Positions 23,612-64,000 of a stretch of 64,000 nt of DNA are shown here, in pieces; the stretch's first letter is position 1; the number at the start of each line of letters is the position of its first letter. The DNA is from Podarcis gaigeae (taxonomy: Eukaryota): NCBI GenBank assembly GCA_964106915.2, contig OZ066924.1; one strand, written 5' to 3'. Below the pieces are notes generated by a model. The model was given only the letters and a program-made list of their open reading frames with translations. It did not search any database and was not told where the DNA came from. Made by a program: the position numbers and the translations under genes.

Positions 23612-23990
23612 GGTAAGGTAAAAGACCCCTGGACGGTTAAGTCCAGTCAAAAGCGACTATGGAGTTGTGGTGCTCATCTCGCTTTTCAAGCCGACGGAGC
23701 CCATGTTTGTGCGCAGGCAGCTTTCCAGGCCATGTGGCCAGCATGACTAAACTGCTTCTGGTGCAACGGGACACCGTGACGGAAGCCAGAGCGTATGGAA
23801 ACGCTGTTTACCTTCCTGCTGCAGCGGTACCTATTTATCTACTTGCGTTGGCGTGCTTTCAAACTGCTAGGTTGGCAGGAGCTGGGACAGAGCAAAGGGA
23901 GCTCACACCATCACGGGAATTCGAATTGCTGATTTTCCGATTCGCAAACCCGAGGCTCAGGTTTAGACCACAGAGCTACCCACATCCCAA
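23612..23990 (-). mobile_element. Sauria SINE
   Basis: ggtaaggtaaaa tail; cagcatgactaa and ctgctaggttggcagga motifs; 14-bp TSD TGGTCCAGACTGTA (23598-23611, 23991-24004). Confidence 0.9.
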
Positions 23991-24494
23991 TGGTCCAGAC
24001 TGTAAGAAGCCCCATGCTACCTGGAAAAGCTCTGCTGGATGGCACAATGAGGATGCAATGGAGGCAGCAAAGTATGCTTTCATTGCTGCCTTCATTGCCG
24101 CTAAATAGGCTTGATGATGAGCCCTCACCAGTGTCCGATTGTATCCAACTGGAGTTTTTCTCCACTCGCATATTTGAGCTGTCTCTCAACATGTTTCCTC
24201 ACCCTAAGCTCTGGAGCTATATTGACCTTGAAACTCTATTTTTTAAATTCATATTTCTAAAAGTGCAAGATGAGATTATTTCTATAGCTCCACTCCACCC
24301 TGTTATTGGACAGTTGAATGCAACAACTGGACATTCATTTTAATAGTGATTTTTGCCATGCTGCATAACCTTTTTTTCCATCTACAGGTTACAGAAGCAC
24401 TTTTTAAAACAGTGCATGAAATATCAAAAACTTGTAGTGTTTAGGTCTTCCTGGCATGTTACATGTTAGGTGGGGCTCAAATAAAGAGTATTGA

Positions 24495-27054
24495 AAACCA
24501 GAGGAAAGGAATTTATTAATAAAAATAGGCTGATTTAGGCAACCACAGTTAATTCACTCCCATTTATTGCAGTGATCCCTCCCCAATACAGAGTAGTAAC
24601 TGCAATACTCAAGTTGTTAAAACATTAGAAAACCCATTGTGTGTGACAGTTACAGTACAATATTATCAAAATATGACATGACATTTTCAAACTGTGGAAT
24701 AGTACCAACCAAGCTCAATCCTTAAATTAAGACCATAGTTCATTTTTAAATAAACAGAAAAGCATATAAAACAAATTATGTAAAAAGGAAAGCCTAATAC
24801 AAATGTAACAAATAAATAATTGATTTTTTTCAGCTACTTTCTAAACACTTCCTAATTTCATAAAATAAAGTTTCTGCTACAGAAATGGTATTGCTGAGTG
24901 TCAATGGAAAACAATTATTTCAAGTCATTACTGATTGGAACTTAAGAAAACATGGCGCCAAAAAGAAAAGATCAATTCATACTAACTAGAAATTGGAATG
25001 GCTATGTATCATAAAATTGCCTCTTGCTAACAAGGTGCAATTATGTTTATTGGAGTGTTAGAATAAATTGTACAATTGTTGTCTTGGTGTCTAGTGTGGT
25101 ATGTGTGTGTGAAGTACTGAGAATTCTCATGTATGAAGTAACCTTTATTAATTTACAGACTACATTTTGCTCCCATCCATATATGCATATTTAGATAAAT
25201 TTGATTTTTTTACACAGCACACAGAGAGACTTTTCATTTGGTTCCTTTTACAGATAACAAGCAATGGTTTTCCTGAATAGCAAAATTTTGAATAAGTGTA
25301 CCAGTGCACTTTTTCACGATAGCAGCACTAAGTTCATGCCCTACTGTCTGTACATAAACAATGGGAACAAAAGTTCAGATTAAATGAATAATTTTATGCC
25401 CCTCATCACACCAATAAGCACTGCAAACTTGTAATTATCAATGCTATTACACATTGGGAATGCTTTTTAGGAAAAAAAAATCCTGTTCTTATTATAAGAC
25501 TTTAAATTTTCTTTGAAAACTAGGTACTGGCATTGATTTACTCTACCTGGCTGCCAACTTGTATTGCACTTCTGAAAAGGGGAGAACACAAACAACATTG
25601 GTAAGACAATGAGAGTCGTAATTTACTAGAATGCTAATCACTATCTGCAAGAATCACCTTGTCTCAGTAACTGGGACTACCAAAATAAATTTGTTCGTTT
25701 ATTCTGATCTTACACAGTAAAAAATATTGTGTATTCATATTCTCTATCTTCAATATCCAAATTACAGGTGTTCATTCTAGCCCACATTACCCCGTATTAA
25801 TGCCAAGAGACTGGGAAAGGGTTTGAGGCAACTCTTAACAGATAATAGGCATAAGCACTATTACAAACTAGTGAATAAAACCTCAAGTGATTCTTCAGTA
25901 AGCAATTCATCGAGTAAAAAAATATAAAGCAGTCAAACCACACACACACACAAATTGAGGGCACACAAATTGGCAGTTCTTGAATACACAAGGTCATCAC
26001 ATACAAATTAAAACATAAGGTCAAGAGGATCAAACCTGAGTATTTAACAAGACTAAACATAGATTCTGACAACTGAATAAATTGCCCTTGGGACACCTCT
26101 AATAAAAATGTGGTCCATTTAAGCAGGTGAACAAACTGTTAACTTTATTTAGATGGTCCTTGAAAAATTGAAGTATCCTATTAGATGGCATATCATAAAC
26201 GCGCCTGACATTTACATCATCATGTAACATAACTGCAGCTTCACAGTGGAGCTACAGAGTGAGGACTGGTCCACTAACCTTCAGCCAAAGTAGCCCAATA
26301 GGATATATATATATATGATGAAATCTAAGAGGACCCTCTGTCAATACACTTTAGCTTTATTCAGTGGTACAAATTGAAAAGTACAAAGTCCTAGATATCA
26401 ATGTAACAAATTTGGTTGTTGTTGTTTTTTTTATTACAGCCAACTTGCTCCACTTTTTAGCTTTGTCTCAGATCCAACAGAGATCTTTAAAAACAAAACA
26501 CACCATTCCAAACAATAGGAAACATACAACAATAAAACTAATACCTTTATGGAAGACCAGAACGCAGCATTTTTATTAAAATGGAAGTCTAAACTAAAAG
26601 AAGTTTGATCTAAAGTTTTAGCCAATGGCAGACTGACATTCTTTATAAATTTACAAAATAGAGTATATGGATGAAATTTGGTTAACTTCAGAAGGCACCT
26701 CAAGGCTAAAAGGCTTTTATAAATCTATAATCCTTTCACTGATCAAAAATAAACACTTTTATTGCTGCCGCTCAAGTAGCAAAGAAAAACCTGTTTATTC
26801 ATTCTTCAGTCCAGCAAGAAATCTTCCCCATTAAGCAAGATTAAATTACAGAAGAATTAGAAGAAAACTGAAGCTTTCACAACTTTAGGAGTATAGTGAC
26901 TTTCCTTGTGTGCTTTCAAGTCAGTGGAACAGTGAAAAAGAGTAGTCACTTTTTGCCTGTGTGTGATGTTAATATTTTAATCAAACATCTCAGTCTCTCC
27001 CACTTTAGGCACTAAAGTACCATTTCTTCACAGCTACATGCTGCGCAGTAGTGC
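24495..27054 (-). other. SLC12A2: SLC12A2 3' UTR (about 2.5 kb, end approximate)
   Basis: AT-rich, no recognisable repeats, downstream of the stop; minus-strand AATAAA at 24512-24517 and 24563-24568, with further upstream copies. Confidence 0.7.
24512..24517 (-). terminator. Candidate distal SLC12A2 polyadenylation signal (alternative at 24563-24568)
   Basis: TTTATT on + strand at the end of the AT-rich UTR-like block. Confidence 0.5.
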
Positions 27055-61970
<34,916 letters not shown>

Positions 61971-64000
61971 CTGTAGTAAAGCAACAATCAGAAGGAGTGG
62001 GTTGGATGAAACGGAAACCTATTGAGCCTCTGTTTAAAGTTGCAATCCTAAGTACATTTAGATCCTACTGATCTAAATATTACCTATGTTTCAGAATTGC
62101 ATTTGCATGCAAGCTGAAGGAACAAGTTAATGAAAAAGGCTATTTTCATCCACAATCTTGGTAACTGTCAAGTTGGTTAATTAAACGTAAAGGTTTGAAG
62201 TACATACAAGATGAATTAAGATGCCTTCATACCATCACATTTTTCAAAAGCACTGGCATATAAAAACCTAGCTGTGCTTGTGTATTTTGTGGACTTTATC
62301 AGATTCTAGATTTGGAGGAATAACACTTCAACAAGAGGGTAAAAGTGAAGTGAACCAGAAGCAATGTCTGCTTTTGAGGATCATTGGATCCCACGGGAGA
62401 GTTGCTCAGGGAATACTGTGTAATTTTCCTCCACATAAGGTTAAATTTAAAGCTTGGCCAGCAAAAAGTAATACCAAACATGGCATAAAGCTAATTAATA
62501 TGTATTAATGGAAAAAAATGAAAGCAACTGATCAGCCAAACATAATTTCTATCCAGTATGGAAAGTTACTGCATTAATACAACAGCATACCATAATGTTA
62601 AAATGGCTGAATTCCCCCTCATTAGGCTATGTTCCATAAGTGTAGAAAAAGGCATCTGTTCTGGACTCAGATACTTCAGCAAGATACCAAAGAAAAAAAT
62701 TCCAATTGATGCTATCATTCAAAAAGGCAGAAAATGATCTTTATACCCTCACTGCAAGGGCTTGTAAGTCTAGGAAAAAATCTTTGTAAGTCTTGAAAGA
62801 ACTGGCCTAGGATAGAAAATTCCTCTTCCCCAAATTTTAACTAGTTGTGCAGTCAGTTAAAATTGATGGCATGACATTTAAAAAGAACTATTTATGACAA
62901 TACACAAAATCAGGATGTCATAGGTCACTCACTAGTGCCACAGCACAGATGATATAATACTTACTAGCTTCTAACAGAGCAAAATGGAATCTAGATAGAA
63001 CAAATTAAAATTTAGGAGCGATGGGAAGATTTGGACTACTTGGTGAAATGAAATTATGCAAAAATAAAATGCCAGAACATTTTAATTTTATAGAACTAGA
63101 AAATATTCAGGCTTTTAGCAAAAAAAAAAAAAACTGCTTATGTTTGGCAACATGTGTTCTAATCATTCTAGTATCAGACCTGGTTAGCACATAACACTAA
63201 ACCATTGTTTAGTAAACCATGACTTAGTGCTCTAAGTAGACTCTACCATGATATTAACCATGGTTTGTTGTTGGCTTACAACGCTTGGGTTTCAAACCTG
63301 TGGCTTGCTCTTCTTTGTGAGTCCAACATCTTTCCTTAACCATGATTTTTTTTACCCCTCCACCACAGATGCTTACCAAACTACAAAGGCATGGTGCAAG
63401 AGCAACTAGAAAACAAAACAAATCAGTTTGTTGATCATCTACAGGGCAACTCATGCTTAACTCATGGTTTGAGGGGGGGGACCCATGGCTTACCATTTTG
63501 TGAAACTAGATATGCATAGGATTGTGCTGTAATTTAGTAAACTCTTGATATGTTAACATAAAAAAAAATTCTTGTTGTAACTGATGTACAATTATGCACA
63601 GTACCCTGACCCAAGTATTAGACTTTCATGGAACAATTATATAGACATAGTAAAAGAATTATCACCTATAAAATCAGCATAGTATTATTGTTATATGAAT
63701 AAAAGACAACATTGCATTATGTATGTGTTACCTATGTAAATATAAATCCATAGAATACTGAAGTAAGTGGATACCTTTTAATAGAACAGTACTCAGAATG
63801 AAAACACTGAGGCATTATGCACGTATGTGGCGGTGTGACAAATACCTTGTATGATGTATTACCGACAATGGTTGGCATTCAACTATGTTTTACTTAAGGT
63901 TAGAGTCATTATTTTTAATCGGCCTACTCTGAGTAAAATTTAATTTAATACCACCCCTAGTTTCTGCATTATTATCTTGTAAATGGAATATTTTTCTTGG

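Overview
Vertebrate genomic DNA, most likely a lacertid-type lizard (inferred from Sauria SINEs, L2/CR1 LINEs, Penelope, hAT and Tigger-type elements). Two convergent multi-exon genes are present. On the + strand are the last ten exons of fibrillin-2 (FBN2; CDS pieces 638-12150, 3' UTR to about 13740). On the - strand are exons 2-27 of the Na-K-2Cl cotransporter NKCC1 (SLC12A2; CDS pieces 61970 down to 27055, 3' UTR to about 24495); exon 1 lies beyond the window. All 36 exons were placed by reading frame and splice sites, and two use GC rather than GT donors. Exon numbers follow recalled human gene structure. The most unusual non-coding items are: (i) a young 1.7-kb non-coding element with split direct repeats (A1-B1A2-B2) and a 2-bp core junction, the architecture of Ngaro/PAT tyrosine-recombinase retrotransposons, in SLC12A2 intron 10; (ii) a 1.29-kb TA-flanked Tigger-like transposon whose interior is a mosaic of alternating GC-rich hairpin modules with a perfect 90-bp inverted repeat, in an FBN2 intron; (iii) a 99-bp TSD-flanked Penelope fragment carrying a minimal hammerhead ribozyme core. 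No prokaryotic systems are present. Repeat family names come from recalled motifs, not from a database search.
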